Positions 12,671-26,933 of a stretch of DNA of 64,000 bases are shown here, in pieces. Position 1 is the stretch's first letter. Each line of letters starts with the position of its first letter. The DNA comes from Eledone cirrhosa (taxonomy: Eukaryota). The notes beneath the pieces are model-generated. The model was given only the letters and a program-made list of their open reading frames with translations, ran no database searches and was not told the origin of the DNA. A program made the position numbers and the translations under genes. The DNA is taken from positions 36,704,001-36,768,000 of the forward strand of contig OZ024740.1 in assembly GCA_964016885.1 (NCBI GenBank), read 5' to 3'.

Positions 12671-14234
12671 TATATATATATATATAGTAATTCTTTCATC
12701 CCTAATTCACTTAGAATAGTAAAGCCTCCGTTTCACTAATGCCATCATAGTAAAGCCAAAAAAGAAAACCCATCTGTAGTTGTCGCCTGTGCTTGCTGAA
12801 AAAATAAAAATAAATATTTTTTTGTGAGCATCCAGTCAAGTGCTATTTTAGCTACATTTCAATAAATCATTGCATTAGGAAACATTTTGTATAACATGAG
12901 TAACAAAAGAAAACAGTATAAAATAATTTCTAAATATCTTAAACGGTTTTAACATCGAGTTAAACTAAATGTATTTTACCAAGTAATTACTTGTTTTTTT
13001 TCTCGTTGCATAGTTATTTCTAGATAACATTTTTGTATTCTTTGTATTAACTATGCAAATACTAACTTAACGATTACTTTTCAAGTGGGCAGCGTATTTG
13101 AAGTTTTTATTCTGCAAATTGTTCTATTTTCTAACGGCAACCAATGATATTTACGTAGTATTTAGATGACGAAAGACATCCGATTCATGAAGCTTTTGCA
13201 ACTAATCACGAGCTAGTGTTGGTATGCGGCATCTGTTCTACTCTCGCCTGCAACAATTCCATCCAGGAACTTTGTAAATTATCTGAGTGATACAACAGCT
13301 GAATTCAGTATTTGTTACAAATTTCCCTCACCAGTTGCCTTGGTTTTGCCTACTGTCAGCTTTATTAATACAGCCTCGGAGCATATTTATCAGAAACTTC
13401 TGCATGACCAAGAACCCAAAACAAGTGAAATATTCTGTCTAAACCCATTCCTTCACCACCAGTTGGACTATTCCATTTGTTGGCTTTATATTAATACTAA
13501 TCAGAAATATTTACCTCGTTATTTCTCATTTGAGTGAACTATTTAAATAAATTGGAGATTTAGTTAAATGTATGAAGCGTCGATTTAAACCATCTCCACA
13601 GACCTGCCGTTTGTTTGGAAGGTCTCAGATCATTCTCCACCGATCAACTCCGTGTATATTGTATCACCAATGTCATTAGCAAATGAATGTTACTTGTTCT
13701 CAAAGCCAACAGGTTTTATGGCACAGTTATTCTAGTCACGCGTATACATGAGCATTCTCTCGTATGTAGCCATGTTGTTTATGATCACTAAAATAAAGTA
13801 ACATAAAGGTCCTATGACTGAGAATGTGGAATGAACCTTCTTAGTGCTACTTTTACGCTTTAAAGGCAGATAAGTGATAAGTCCAGAAATCAAGGTATTC
13901 CTATAAGAAGCTGTAATCTTATATATGATTAGAATTTAAAAACATAATGACGAATGGAATAATGCCAGACAAATCCTATAATGAAAAGGAAATGTTTAAG
14001 AAGAACCAATGTACATCTCTTTCATCACTACTGCAGCAAATGCAGTGAAGGCCAGCAGAAATAGAAGATCCCGTCATAATGATTTAAAATCCAAAACTGA
14101 ACAGGAAATGAATACTAACAATTGCCAAATTTAACCAATAACATTGATGACTATTATATATATATATTCACAGACATTTCAATAAGGTATTCTATTAGAC
14201 TGTAGTCATGCATGTGTTAGTAAGAGTCATGTAA

Positions 14235-14455
14235 GGGCGGTAGATTGGCAGTGTCGGTAGAAGGTCGGACGCCATGCTTTACAGCATAGAGTTACGGCCC
14301 TTTATGATCTGAGTTCGAATCCCGCCGAGGTTAAATTTGCCTTTCATCCTTACAAGGTCGATGAAATAAAGTACCAGTAACGTACTGGAGTCGATTTAAT
14401 CGACTTTCCCCTTCTCCCAAATTGCTGGCCTTGTGTCTATACTAGAAATCGTTAT
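14235..14455 (+). mobile_element. SINE family 1 with 12-bp target site duplication
   Basis: TAAGAGTCATGT at 14221-14232 and 14456-14467. Confidence 0.85.
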
Positions 14456-16708
14456 TAAGAGTCATGTTTTCTATAAGATCTCGGGCTCCTGTTTGCAACT
14501 TAGGTCTATTATCATCTGTCTCAAGAACCGATACAAAGAGGAAAGCGTATATATATTAACAGTTTAAGTTTTTTTTTTTTTTTCGGCAGGACTATGTCAA
14601 TTTTGATTGGACTCGTAACTTATTGGACTCATAACTCCTGGTGGAGTCGTAGTGACATCGTCGTGACATACGGCATACTTTAGACAATTTTGAACCTGGT
14701 GGATCTTATCCCCTCTCTAGATCTCAACACAGCCAATTTCTTTAGAGAAAAAGAGAGGAAGTGCAAAATAGATATAAAAGAAGAGTCGACCCTTGTTCTA
14801 GACTTTTCTAGGCAGTATAGACCAGAACGAATATCGCAAATCATTCTATCTGACGTTCTAACGACTCTGTCAATTTACCGACCAAACAAAGTATACATTG
14901 GTTATTAAAGTTTTTTTTTTTCTAACAGAATGTGACTTCCTTTACACAAAGATATACTTCATGTCTAAAGTTATTGAAATAAGATACTAAACTTTTTATT
15001 ATAATGATTCTTTTATAAAGAGTTAATTTAATACTGTATTAAGTGATAAATTAAAAAGTTATTCTTACTTCCCACAGTTGATCAGACTGTGCAGTAAATC
15101 AAAAGAAGAGAAAAAACTACTGTACGTCATAATGTCCAAATTCAGTGACTTTAACGTTTATTATTATTTTTTTTTTTAATAAATAGTATCAAGAGAAAGC
15201 GGTAGTACTTTAATTTTAAAGTTATTTGCTGGAGGCCTGTTTTGCACTCATTTCTAACTGCTGCAATTTTCACACGGTTTGTGTTGTAACCGATAACCCG
15301 CACCATATTTCTTCCCTGCTGTTGACAGCATTTCGTTTGCTAGGATTTGGCTTCTATGCGTTATACTTTACTTTGGGTTTAGCAATGTGTAATGTTCATA
15401 TACATAATAAATGGGTCTCCGTCGGTTTCGATGATGCGAGTCGTTCCACAAAATGGAACGGCTTACTCGTCAAATTAACGTATAAGCGGCTGAGTAATCT
15501 ACAGATGCATGTACGTAATTTTAAGAAAGAGTCAGTGTGACACAGTATATAACAAGGTTAGCCCTCTGACTTATACGTACAGTCAATTTGACGGGCTTCC
15601 GAACAGTTTCTATCTACCCAATTTCACTTTGGTCGACTCGAAGCTATTGGAAAAGTCCCTTTCATAAACGCAATGTTCCAGTAATTTAATAGACAAAAAT
15701 ATGTGTATATCACAACGACTGATCACACTGAGTTCAGAATTATCTGGATAAATGATGATACAAGTTGAAAATGTAAGTGATGTGAAAATAGATCACACAT
15801 TGCATTAAATTGGAATATATTGGATCAGGAGAAGACAGGTGTAAACACACAAGTAATACAGAGTAAGCAATATGTGGATATGATATACAGATGCAATCTA
15901 AAAATAGTTGATTTCTCAGAAAATTATGATTTAAGAAATCATATAAATAATTTAAACTATCTTTGACAATTACAGATATGATTGAAATCATTTCTGCGCA
16001 TTGAAAAGAAACATAATACGACAATAACAGTTACAACCAAAGAAAATTCGCATTTCACACAAATTTTGAACGTACTTTATTCATTATAAAAACAGCAAGA
16101 GAACTGATATTACAAATAATTATCTATATTGTAATGGAGGAAACACAAAAGATGGTATATGTCCATATATTTGAAACTCTAAACACCATTTGTTCAGTCA
16201 AAATGAATCGTAAGACCTTAAAATTTCCGATTTCAATAATTGTTTTCATGGTTTATTTTTAACGCAGCTCTCGGCTTTTTAAAAAAAACCCAGACATAAT
16301 CATCTCATTATCACCTCTATTTTCTCTCTCCATCTTTAAATCTATTCATCTTTATAACTTCCGGTCGATACCATCACACGTGACTGGCACACACATAACT
16401 ACCACACATATGTGTGTTGTTGATGAATTATTTGGCTATTATTGTTGTTATGTTTATCATTGGAGAAGTTTTCGGTTGAAATTAAGAATGATTTGTGTGC
16501 TTTTGTTGTTATCGTTGTTCTTGTTTTTATTGTTGCTTCTAAATTATTTGATAGTTATTGAATTATTGTATTGTTGTTGTTGTTCTTGTTTAAGATAGAG
16601 AGTGGGTGGTGTTGATAGGGAGAATTAGCTGCAAATTCTAGCAGATCTAGACTCCGTCGTGAGGTAAAATAATTGAAAGTATTCAACAACAACAATAATG
16701 GTAATAAT

Positions 16709-16900
16709 AATCGTTTCTACTTTTGGCACAAGGCCAGAAATTACCCCAGTGCATTACTGGTACTTTATTTTACCGACCCCATAAGGATGAAAGGCAAAGT
16801 TAACCTCGGTAGGATTTGAACTCAGACCATAAAGAGCCGTAACTCTTTGCTGCAAAGCATGGCGTCCGTCCCTCTACCGATACTGCCAATCCACCGCCCT
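16709..16900 (-). mobile_element. SINE family 1
   Basis: Reverse complement of the 7515-7700 consensus. Confidence 0.85.
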
Positions 16901-17059
16901 GGTAATAATAATAAAACAGAAAAATAGAGGAAGACTGATAAATGTAATAAAGAAATATAAAAAATGTTAAAAAAAAGGCTTTTCTATGACAAGGAAATGA
17001 CAAAGTACAGAACAAAGACAACCTACGCTGAAACAATACAAATTATATAATAACACAAC

Positions 17060-17927
17060 AGAATTGGTTAAAACGGCACAGAAGCAACTTGAAAATGGAA
17101 TTTTAAATCATACTAAATAAGAAATGGAAAGAGAAACCTCTCCATGGCCAATACACCTCACGGCTCGACAATGAAGGAAGCAAAAGTGAAAATTAACAAT
17201 GGTGTAAACCTCCGGTCATAAAGTAGAAATTCAAGGACTGATTTTAGTTGCACAAGACCAATGTCTACCCGCAAACAATCATCAGAACAATACAATGAAA
17301 ATAGATGCTTGCACCAAATGCAGACGGTGCAACCGGCCTATGAGATGATTAACCACCCAATCGGCTACCAGTCCTTACTAAGCCTAAATATTTTCAGAGA
17401 TATGATCGAATAGACAGCTATATCTGCTGGAAAATATGCCAACATTTCGATGTGAAGAACGGACAAGGAGTGGTATAAACATATTCCAAACACAGTACGG
17501 ATATGCCCGAACTAACTGCCAGCTTTCTGTATTAAAGGCGTTAGTTAGGTTAACACCATATAAAATTCCTGGGTTCTTTTTCTTACTTTTTCGGTAACCT
17601 GACAAAGAGAAAAGATCATGTCTTAGGCATAATCAAAGACTGGAAGAAACCACATGTACATGACAGACATCACATATCTTTCTGACCCAAACATTGCCCG
17701 AAAAGAAGTGGAAATACTGTCAAAATATAAATATGCCGAAAAAGAAAAAACAAGATGCGGCGCATGGCAGTAAAAAAATGACAATAATAATTGTAGCTTT
17801 GGATATGATAAGAAACTTGATCAAAAACATAAAAGCTATAGCAGAGCTCAAAACACTCAACACTGTCAACAAAATAAGCCTGCTAAGTACAGCTCTCATC
17901 ATGCACAAAACATTATCGATTATGTAG
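17060..17927 (+). pseudogene. Decayed R4/Dong-like non-LTR retrotransposon 3' fragment
   Basis: GLILVAQDQCL and CTKCRRC..EMINH remnants, plus the C-terminal helix parallel to the element at 42866-45060. Confidence 0.5.
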
Positions 17928-18129
17928 CACAGCACAAATAGAACCATGTCAACACACAACATGCATTTTATACAATAATCGCCTAATAAAAATTAAAGTA
18001 TATAATTCCACAGCAAATACTCTACAAGATTAATATCCAATAAAATAATACAACTCACTTTACATACACCATATGTATATGTATATGTGTGTGTGTGTAT
18101 ATATATGTGTGTGTGTGTGTGTGTATACG

Positions 18130-18184
<55 letters not shown>

Positions 18185-18187
<3 letters not shown>

Positions 18188-18378
18188 CGAGTATGACCCC
18201 GACGGCTGAGCTCAAGCCGTTTCGACGGCTAATTCTGGACGAGTCCAGAATTAGCCGTCGAAACGGCTTGAGCTCAGCCGTCGGGGTCATACTCGTTCCT
18301 ATTACCCACTCTACTACCCTAAGTATTGAGTACTTTGTTGCGTTATGGTCCACTTGGTTCCTTACCACATTTCCTTCG

Positions 18379-18380
<2 letters not shown>
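18185..18380 (+). mobile_element. TA-inserted fold-back element, family A copy 5 (perfect hairpin)
   Basis: Perfect arms around ..CTGGAC-GA-GTCCAG.., flanked by TA tracts. Confidence 0.87.
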
Positions 18381-18446
<66 letters not shown>

Positions 18447-18824
18447 GGGATAACAGATTATTGTTATAGGTAGTCCACTTAGGTGTAGCGGGTAGCGATC
18501 TCTAGACCTACCAGTTCAGAGAAACAATTGTCAGCAATGTGATTAAAGCCCTTATTGTATAGCAAACGGTGTCACTCTTCTTTCTTGATTTATATATATA
18601 TATATATAAAGAGAGAGAGGGGGGAGTGAGGGAGAGAGAGAGGGGGGAGTGAGGGAGAGAGAGAGGGAGAGAGAGAGAGAGAGAGAGAGACAATTATATA
18701 TCTGAATGTATGTATAGTATATTTGATAATATACTGTATGTTTATTTTAAAAGATTTTGAAGACCATTCGCTTAAGGTTTAAAGTAGCGACTATGTCACT
18801 TAGTCTCGGCATGATACTAATTAC

Positions 18825-18857
<33 letters not shown>

Positions 18858-18863
<6 letters not shown>

Positions 18864-21518
18864 ATAATTTGGGAGGGTCATGTTGCCAATTAAATAGAAA
18901 ACATGAATGGAATAGCAATATCACAACTTACAATTAAGGAGAAATATATATCAAATATATAAGCACCGTAGAGCAAATATTTATTAAAATAACAGATTAA
19001 AATTTAAGCAAAGAATCGCTGCTTTCACCCTTAACGGGATCTTCTGAAACTAACAAAGTCAATCTGAGAACGCAGAAGTGAATATTTCAAAAAACGTTGC
19101 AACCGGAGGAAGACAGGAAGACGATACTTTGGTTCGTGGAAACGTTCCCTGGCAAAGAACGGGAAAAAACGAATATAATACGTCATTATTTGGAGCGGTG
19201 AAAAACAATTACACGCAAAGACAAAACCACGTTTATGGTATAAAAGAAGTCGTAGACTAATATTCTATTAGGTGGTTCATAGAAACGTTCTCTGGCAATG
19301 AACGGAAAATACGAAGATAATACGTCATATGTGGAGCGGGGAGAACAATTGCACGCAAAGACAAAACCACGTTTATGGTATAAAAGAAGTCGTAGACTAA
19401 TATTCTATTAGGTGGTTCATAGAGACGTTCTCTGGCAATGAACGGAAAATACGAAGATAATACGTCATATGTGGAGCGGGGAGAACAATTGCACGCAAAG
19501 ACAAAACCATGTAAATGGTATAACTGAAGTCGTAGACTAAAATTCTAACTAGGAAACCGAATGATTCTCGGCTTCAGAGTTAAGAATAAAGTAAATAAAA
19601 TACAGAGGTAAATGAAATTAAATAAATACATACACGCATCCATATACGTACATACACAAGCATACGCGAAAACACTCGCCATAGGTATACAAATACACGC
19701 ACGTACACAAAAAACAAAAACAAAAAAAAACGCACGCACATACAGAACCCACGCAACGCCTGTACGGGCACGCATACGAATGTACACACCAAATACACAT
19801 AAAAATATATATTAAAAAAATATATATATATGTGTGTGTGTGCGTGTATACATATAATTAAATAAACGTATATAAATAAATAAATACGTATATAACAAGC
19901 GCACACACATACCTACATGTAAATACACTTATGTTCGGAGACGTAAATCAACCAAAACACGAAGTACACATATACACACACCCTACATACGTACGAACCT
20001 GCATACTCACACAGACGCAAAACACACGTATACACATAACCAAAAGCATATGTACCAGAAAAAATAATATATACGCCATAACATATACAATCAAATATAC
20101 GTACGAGAAAGTATACGTACCTTCACAAAACATACAGGTAATATATATTTACCTATACAAATAAGTAATGGTATAAACATAACATATACTTAGCTACCAC
20201 ATCAAGACGTAAAACATCCGCGTATAGTTCATACTATCCGTTAGGGTATAATGTGGGGCTGTAATACAGGAAAGTTTTGTGCAATTTATGTTTACAAGCC
20301 GAAATTGCCTCAGATTTTTTGTTTAAGATGTGGTCTTTGGCGTAGAGTATTTCCAGGGCCTCAGCGGCTCAGAGGTCACATGGTCTTTTATTTCCGTTAT
20401 ACGATCTAGCCCTAACTAGGATCTCCCAGTGTAACTTATATTGGGTGTGGTTTTCTTTTAGACTCCAGATATAAGCTGAAAGTGACGTCATATTCCTTCT
20501 TAAAGGGTAACGAAAAGAATGGGTATGCATGTAAAGACGCTGCTTGAATCTATTAGCGGTTAACCCTAAGTAGGCCCTATGGGACGTGGGTGTTTCAACC
20601 TTACATTTGTAGACAATGTTACTAGAGAGGCATTTCCCGGATAGGGGGCAGTAAACCCCATTCCTACAGGGTTGCACGTGTTCCTACGGCTACGTAGTTT
20701 AGCTAAATTTGAAGCTGTGATGCTATGTGCAAGGTTATGAGTCGTAGAGTAAGAAATTTTAATAGTATTTCTATTAAAAAATTTACTATATTTATGTGTA
20801 GGGGGAAAATGCTTCATAATAAGGGAGAGAAAGATCTTAGCTAATGGTGTGGCCACCTCCATATTATATGGTGGGATCTATTTCTTCTAGGTCTATTCTC
20901 GTACTCTCTATATGCTACCTCATCGACAAATCCACTTCGAGCAAGAGCTTCATTGTAATATGTAGAATGGTCGTTGAAAATATGCTCATTAGTAGATAGA
21001 GGGGAAAGCCTCAAAGAAACGTTTCTTACCAGGTTCTTGGTTATGCTGGCAGGATGGTTAGAATGCTTACTAATGTAATTAAGCGTATCATTAGGCTTTC
21101 TATACGGGTAATGCAATCCATTCGATAAATTGAGGGTAACGTCGAGGTAATTAACGACCGAGAGGTTGGCCTCAACCTGTATGGAGAGGTTGAAGCCTTT
21201 AAAGAAGGCTGTGAGTTCTTTTCTGAACCTGTCGCAAGCACGTGGGCCGTACTTAGTCATGGTCAAAAGACCATCATCACGGTACAAACCACCGTCCACG
21301 TTGGGAAATCTTCCTTGATAGAGAAAAGAAGGAAAAGGCCGATAAGATCAGTAACCTCCGCAGAATCCCTGGCGCCCATACTCACGTCAAATGGGGTACT
21401 ATTAGATTTTTTAATCCAAATAGAGTCGTCGAAATTAATCACCGACTTAGTTTCAGAAGATCCCGTTAAGGGTAAAAGCAGCGATTCTTTGCTTAAATTT
21501 AATCTGTTATTTTAATAA

Positions 21519-21520
<2 letters not shown>
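18858..21520 (-). mobile_element. 5'-truncated PLE (probably Hydra clade) in (TA)n, with inverted pLTR fragment
   Basis: RT GLYRDDGL; linker CN(frameshift)CRNGVYCPLSGKC; GIY-YIG NIVYKC..AYLGLT; LNKKSEAISACKH C-terminus. 18979-19052 is inverted at 21447-21520 and holds a degenerate HHR (CAGAAGA-tCCCgttaaGGGt-GAAA). Confidence 0.88.
19131..19552. repeat. About 140-bp tandem repeat (3 copies) in the PLE 3' UTR
   Basis: Units start at 19131, 19274 and 19414. Confidence 0.9.
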
Positions 21521-21582
<62 letters not shown>

Positions 21583-22775
21583 GTGTGTGTGTTTGCGCTT
21601 GATGTAATTCAGTAAAAAGTAACACATCAAGCATAAAGCCATGCCACAGCTTTTGATTTCTTTATCTCTTGTCTGGATGAGTAGTGTACTGTCTGTGTAC
21701 TGTAATATCTAAGTGTGTAGTCTAAATTCTGCAGAGCAGAATCATTGCAATCTCTAGTTTTACCAAGGGTAACACAAAAAGAAAAGAACACACCAGAAAA
21801 ATAGTTCTGGCTTCAATAGGAATGAATGACGGAAGAAATTCCATATTAAAAGGAGTAAAATAAAAAAACTAATTTGTGAAGCTATAATTACTACAACCAC
21901 ATGAATTGCCTTACAACTGCTCTGCTATAACAACCATTTATGTGGGCGAACTATTTAATCGGTGTTCAAGAATTTCCCTCCAAGACCACTAACTGGTCAG
22001 AATTATATACATATTTTTCATTTGATAAAATTTACTACACTGCACCTTATTACAAATGATTTTTTTAAAGTTTTTTCTTCCTCAAAGAATTGAGTTTTTC
22101 TTTTGTTTTAAAATGGCAAGTCTTCCAGATATACCCACAATAATCCTAACTATTTAAACGCACTCTGAAATTTCTTCATCCAAATTGAAAGCAATTTCTC
22201 AATTATTCTCCGGATCCCAAGAAACACTAGTACACTTCGAAAACTCCTTTCCCATCAAAGCGTTGGTGTTTCAAGATGTCAGCTTTAAAATTGTTGCATC
22301 GTGAATAATGCTCTTCTATTACAACATTATCTCATTATATCAAGCTTCAATTAACATTTCAGTTTTTTTAAAAGGAATATTCGAAATTGTAAACATAATA
22401 ATTGTTTATAATGAAGTACACGACGTTTCTATAATTTAATGAAGAATTTTGGAGGATTTGCTAAAATGAACAATTATGATCTTAATGAAACGTTCTTAAA
22501 TCAGATAATTTTGGAAGGAAGTTTTTCACTTGTTTTACTTTTTAATTTCTTTGCAAATGAAGTGTATGATTGAATATTCTATATATTTATTTGTTGATTC
22601 ACTAAAATATGCTTCAGAGGTACTAAATAAATTATTTACATATTTCAATTTCACACATATTCTGAAGCGTTAATAGCTGTAACAGACTAATTAAGAAATT
22701 CGCATTCGCAATCACGTGTACCCCAGCAACTCGCAGGATGTGCGTGCGTGTGTGTGTGTATGTGTGTATGTCTGT

Positions 22776-22845
<70 letters not shown>

Positions 22846-22937
22846 ATGGGTGTGTGCGTGTATATAAACAATAGGGCAGAGAGAAATTTCTCAGAGACAA
22901 TTCTGCATGATATATTACGTGTGTAACAGTGAGTGTT

Positions 22938-22976
<39 letters not shown>

Positions 22977-23399
22977 CCGACCATGTTATTGTTCATTCTT
23001 TCACTATACATATATATATATATTTATTGTTCAAGAATAAAGAAGACTAACACAGAGATGCAAAAACACGATCTTATTAGTTTTACGTTTGGGAAGAAGT
23101 AAATGAGAGTTTCGGCGTATCGTACATAAGTCCTTCTTCAAGAAATAGCAAGTTTGGAGAGAGAGAAAATGGGTTGGAACAACGGTATGCATGCGTACGC
23201 ACGTGTGTGTGTATCAGTGGTTGTTATAAAGTTCTTGTGGAATACCATTTTTACCAGGGTATTTTCTAAGGACATTTGTTTGATGTAATCCTTCACTTCC
23301 TTTAGAGTTGGCTTAAGAGCAAACTGAGGGTGATCAGCACGTTGTGGAATGGAAGCTAAGGCCTCTTCGTAGTTAACAGAGGTGGGATTTAGAACCTTA

Positions 23400-24160
23400 A
23401 ATATGTTAAGTCATTTACATACTAAAATAGCAAAGTGAATTCAAACACAACGCTTGATAACGAGATTGTCCATCGAATTGTCAAAGCTTCAGTGTATTTG
23501 GTAAAATCCATTACCGTCTCGAATGAGAAAGGCATAAAGTTGGAAACCGAAATTAAAGTCTACAAGACGTTCTTCTCGCCATCCCTTAGTATGGGCCTCA
23601 ATCCTGACCTCTCTATCATATATACATCAGCTAGACGTGTTTTACAAGGGTTGTCTTCGTACAATTCGGAGTTACACACTTAAGAGATAAGATCTTTTCC
23701 TGGAGTATACAATTTGAGGCACCCAAACTTTCCTCATGTAATTCCAATCACAATGAGCTGACCATGGCATCAGAATGTGTGACGATCGAATACCTAAGGC
23801 CCTCACACAATCAGCGTACAATCAGCTTCACAACGGTAAAAATATTGTAGGAAGGCCATGGCCCAAGTATAAGAACAAGCTGAGGTGTAATCTTAGGGCT
23901 GTTGTCATACCTTTTAAGACATTTAAACAGGTAGCCCTGGATCGAAAGTAGTGGAGAACGAGTTATTATAGTACCATTAAAAGTTTCGAATCTAACCGCC
24001 TCCAGGAGCTGAGGGAGCCAAAGTATCTACAATGGTACAAACTACCTTGTCTAATAACCCACAATCTTGCACCATATGTGGCTGTGTTTCTAAGTCTTTT
24101 GTGAGAATTAAGTTTCACATCAGAGATAGACATCCGCCAATTGACTATGCTAAACATGGG
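23400..24160 (+). pseudogene. Decayed RTE-type LINE 3' fragment
   Basis: LDNEIVHRIVKAS, GIKLETEIKVYK and DDRIPK remnants. Confidence 0.7.
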
Positions 24161-24186
24161 GAGAATCCCTTATATATATTATATAA

Positions 24187-24378
24187 GCGATGGTGAATTG
24201 GCAGTATCGGTAGAGGGTCGGACGCCATGCTTTCTAGCATAGTTCTGTCCCTTTACGATCTGAGTTTAAATCCCGTCGAGGTTAACTTTGCCTTTCATCC
24301 TTACGGGGTCGATAAAATAAAGTACCAGTAATGTACTGGGTAATTGCTGGCCATGTGCCAAAAGTAGAAACAATTATA
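24187..24378 (+). mobile_element. SINE family 1
   Basis: Full-length match to the 7515-7700 copy. Confidence 0.85.
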
Positions 24379-25042
24379 TATAATATATACGAAACAATAT
24401 CCAACGTTAAGCTAGGTGGGTGGGTGGGTGGAACAATTATGTACTTGGTGGCGTTACGAGTTCGATTCCAGGACCAGGGGATGTGTTATGTCCTTAAGCA
24501 ACACACTTTATTTCATGTTGCCCTTTCTGCCAGGAGTTGCAACTGGTAGAAGACCTGTCACCTCTCCCTGTTAGACGGGGATATCTCCCACTTTGGGGTG
24601 GGTCAACAATGTCTTGTCTTGTGAAAATGGGTTTAGCTTTCATTATATAAAATCTCCCCATTTTGCCTCATTTCTCCCCGTTTTGGGGCACTTTATTTTA
24701 TTGACCCTGTAAGGCAAAGTTAACATCGGCGGGATTTAAACTCAGCCCATAAAGGGACGTAACTCTATGCTGCAAAGCATGTTGTCCGACGCCCTACTGA
24801 TACTGCCAATGATATCATACAGGTTACACTCTGTTTCTACTCGGAGTTTCGACAAACTATAAATATTTTTTTCCACGGCACAATATACATGGTAACTATA
24901 AAGAGAGTGTTCAATACAATAAACTAGATAGAATTTACTTTTTTGTAAGAGAGTTTTACCAAAAAAATGTTTAGACATTATGAAAAATAAATATTAATTA
25001 AATGGAAAAATTTCATTTCTCACTCTTAGTACAGCTGTTACT

Positions 25043-25484
25043 TAAATATAAGTATGTATACGTACATACATATATGCATACAGACGTACAGTAGTATGCA
25101 TATATATACATACATGCACACATATATATATGTACGTATGGATTTACCGAACATTTATTATAATGCTCGGTTTGTTTGTAAACAAACGTCCCGAATTAAT
25201 CCGTACAGTGTATAGCAACCATCGTTGCCCTTTTGTCCAAAACTGACAAAGGAACGATGTACTAGTTTCAAGCTTATTGTCAGTGTTGAACAAAAGGGCA
25301 ACGATGGTTGCTAAACACTGTACGGCTTAATTCGGAATGTTTGTTTACAAACAAACCGAGCATTATAATAAATGTTCGGTGAATCCATACGTACATATAT
25401 ATATGTGTGCATGTATGTATATATATACATACTACTGTATGTCTGTATACATATATGTATGTACGTATACATACTTATATTTAA
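25043..25484. mobile_element. About 440-bp fold-back palindrome of the element seen at 10785-11050
   Basis: Arms about 25043-25248 / 25278-25484. The spacer holds the 3' half of the HHR (minus strand AAGCTT-GAA-ACTAGT-A-CATCG). Confidence 0.85.
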
Positions 25485-25678
25485 ATATTAATTATATTCA
25501 TGCTAATACCTCACAAACCAGCAAAGCAAACAACTCCAATATGCAAAATAATCAGAATTTAGATAAGAGTAATGCTTCGCTAGATAATTTCATCGTCCCT
25601 ATTGTTAATACAGTCAACCAAACTGTTCATAAACCGAAATTAATTTTCCCATACGAAATGTTGAAAGAGAAATACAGT

Positions 25679-25768
<90 letters not shown>

Positions 25769-25874
25769 GTGTGAAAAGCAGATAGATATCATCATAGTAA
25801 CTAACTATTCAGCAAGTGATACTTTCCCGCCAATACTCCATCCAAGCTTGTAGCCACTTGTTGCCGGCTTGCAT

Positions 25875-25986
25875 GCTCGTTACTCGAGACACCATTTGTG
25901 AGCCGAGACATTTTATGTTCTGAAAAATTGTTCGTAAGCCGATTTGTTCGCGATGAGAGGTGTTCATGAACCGAGGTTGCATTGTA
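25875..25986. mobile_element. Tigger/mariner-type MITE end
   Basis: Subterminal TTCG-type repeats ending AACCGAGGTTGCATTG-TA. Confidence 0.45.
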
Positions 25987-26045
25987 TGTGTAATCAGCGT
26001 CACTATTTTACATGTTTTTCTGTATATATTTGATTAGCTTTCGGG

Positions 26046-26107
26046 CTAGCTAACAGAGGTAAAATCTTCACTGATGAGCTCAAAAAAGACGAAACCGTGT
26101 TCGCTAG
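26046..26107 (+). ncRNA. Candidate type III hammerhead (stem I degenerate)
   Basis: CTAGCtAACAgaGGT-A-aaatcttca-CTGATGA-G(c)TC aaaaaa GAC-GAA-ACCgTGTTcGCTAG. Confidence 0.5.
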
Positions 26108-26299
26108 TTTCATTAATTGTTTTAAAAGCAATACCCATCCCTAACTGCATGAATTATCTCCCTTACACGTTGTAAACACCTGTAGTAGGAGGATTTATCT
26201 TCTAATTGCAAGGAAAATCTCAGCTGCTTGACATTTTTCAGGCTAAGTACATGTGTAAAACTTTACCGTTATGTGTGTATGTGTGTGTATGTGTGTGTA

Positions 26300-26337
<38 letters not shown>

Positions 26338-26933
26338 CGTATGTGTGTATATGTGTGTGTGCGTGCGTTTGTGTGTGTATGTGTATGTCCGCGTGTGCAT
26401 GTGTGTACATGTGTGTGTTTGAGAGTAAGTTTGTATGTGCGCGCGTGTGTGCCAGTATTTACATTTGTGTGTGTGTGTGTGTATGAGTATGTGTATGTGT
26501 ATGTGTGCGTGTGTGTGTTTGTATGCGCGTGTGTAGCTATGTATGGTCGTGTGTGTGTATGTATGTGTGTGTCCATATGTATATGTAGATATCTCTTTCC
26601 GTCAGAACCAGAAAACTCAATGATATCCTTGGTTTAATATCTTTTCACAATATTGGTAATTGACATCAGCAAGATATCCTCTAATTACTTCTGTTGTAAT
26701 TGGCTGAGCAACAGACGTGGATCTCTTCAAGAAGCTGCTGTTCAGCCTAATATTTCAAATACGTTCCTTATCACTCCTTAATGCTTTGTATTCTGTTGTA
26801 GATGCTATTATCAGAGTAATTCACGGCGATAATTGCTGGCCTTGTGCCAAAAGTAAAAACAATTATTAGTACACATGGCCTTCAAAACTCTCTCTCTTCC
26901 CCTCTCCCCCTCTCTCCATTTCCTCATATTATT

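Noticed and set aside
13000-13800. Possible hAT transposase remnants (also about 22100-22420)
   Set aside because: Only vague similarity to the dimerisation-domain motif by eye; needs tBLASTn.
20195-20235. SECIS candidate (ATGA...TGAT) just after the PLE stop codon
   Set aside because: No apical AA and poor helix II pairing.
23100-23145. Minus-strand TTGAAGA...CCGAAAC
   Set aside because: No stem III or stem I pairing, and positions 3 and 8 are not a Watson-Crick pair.
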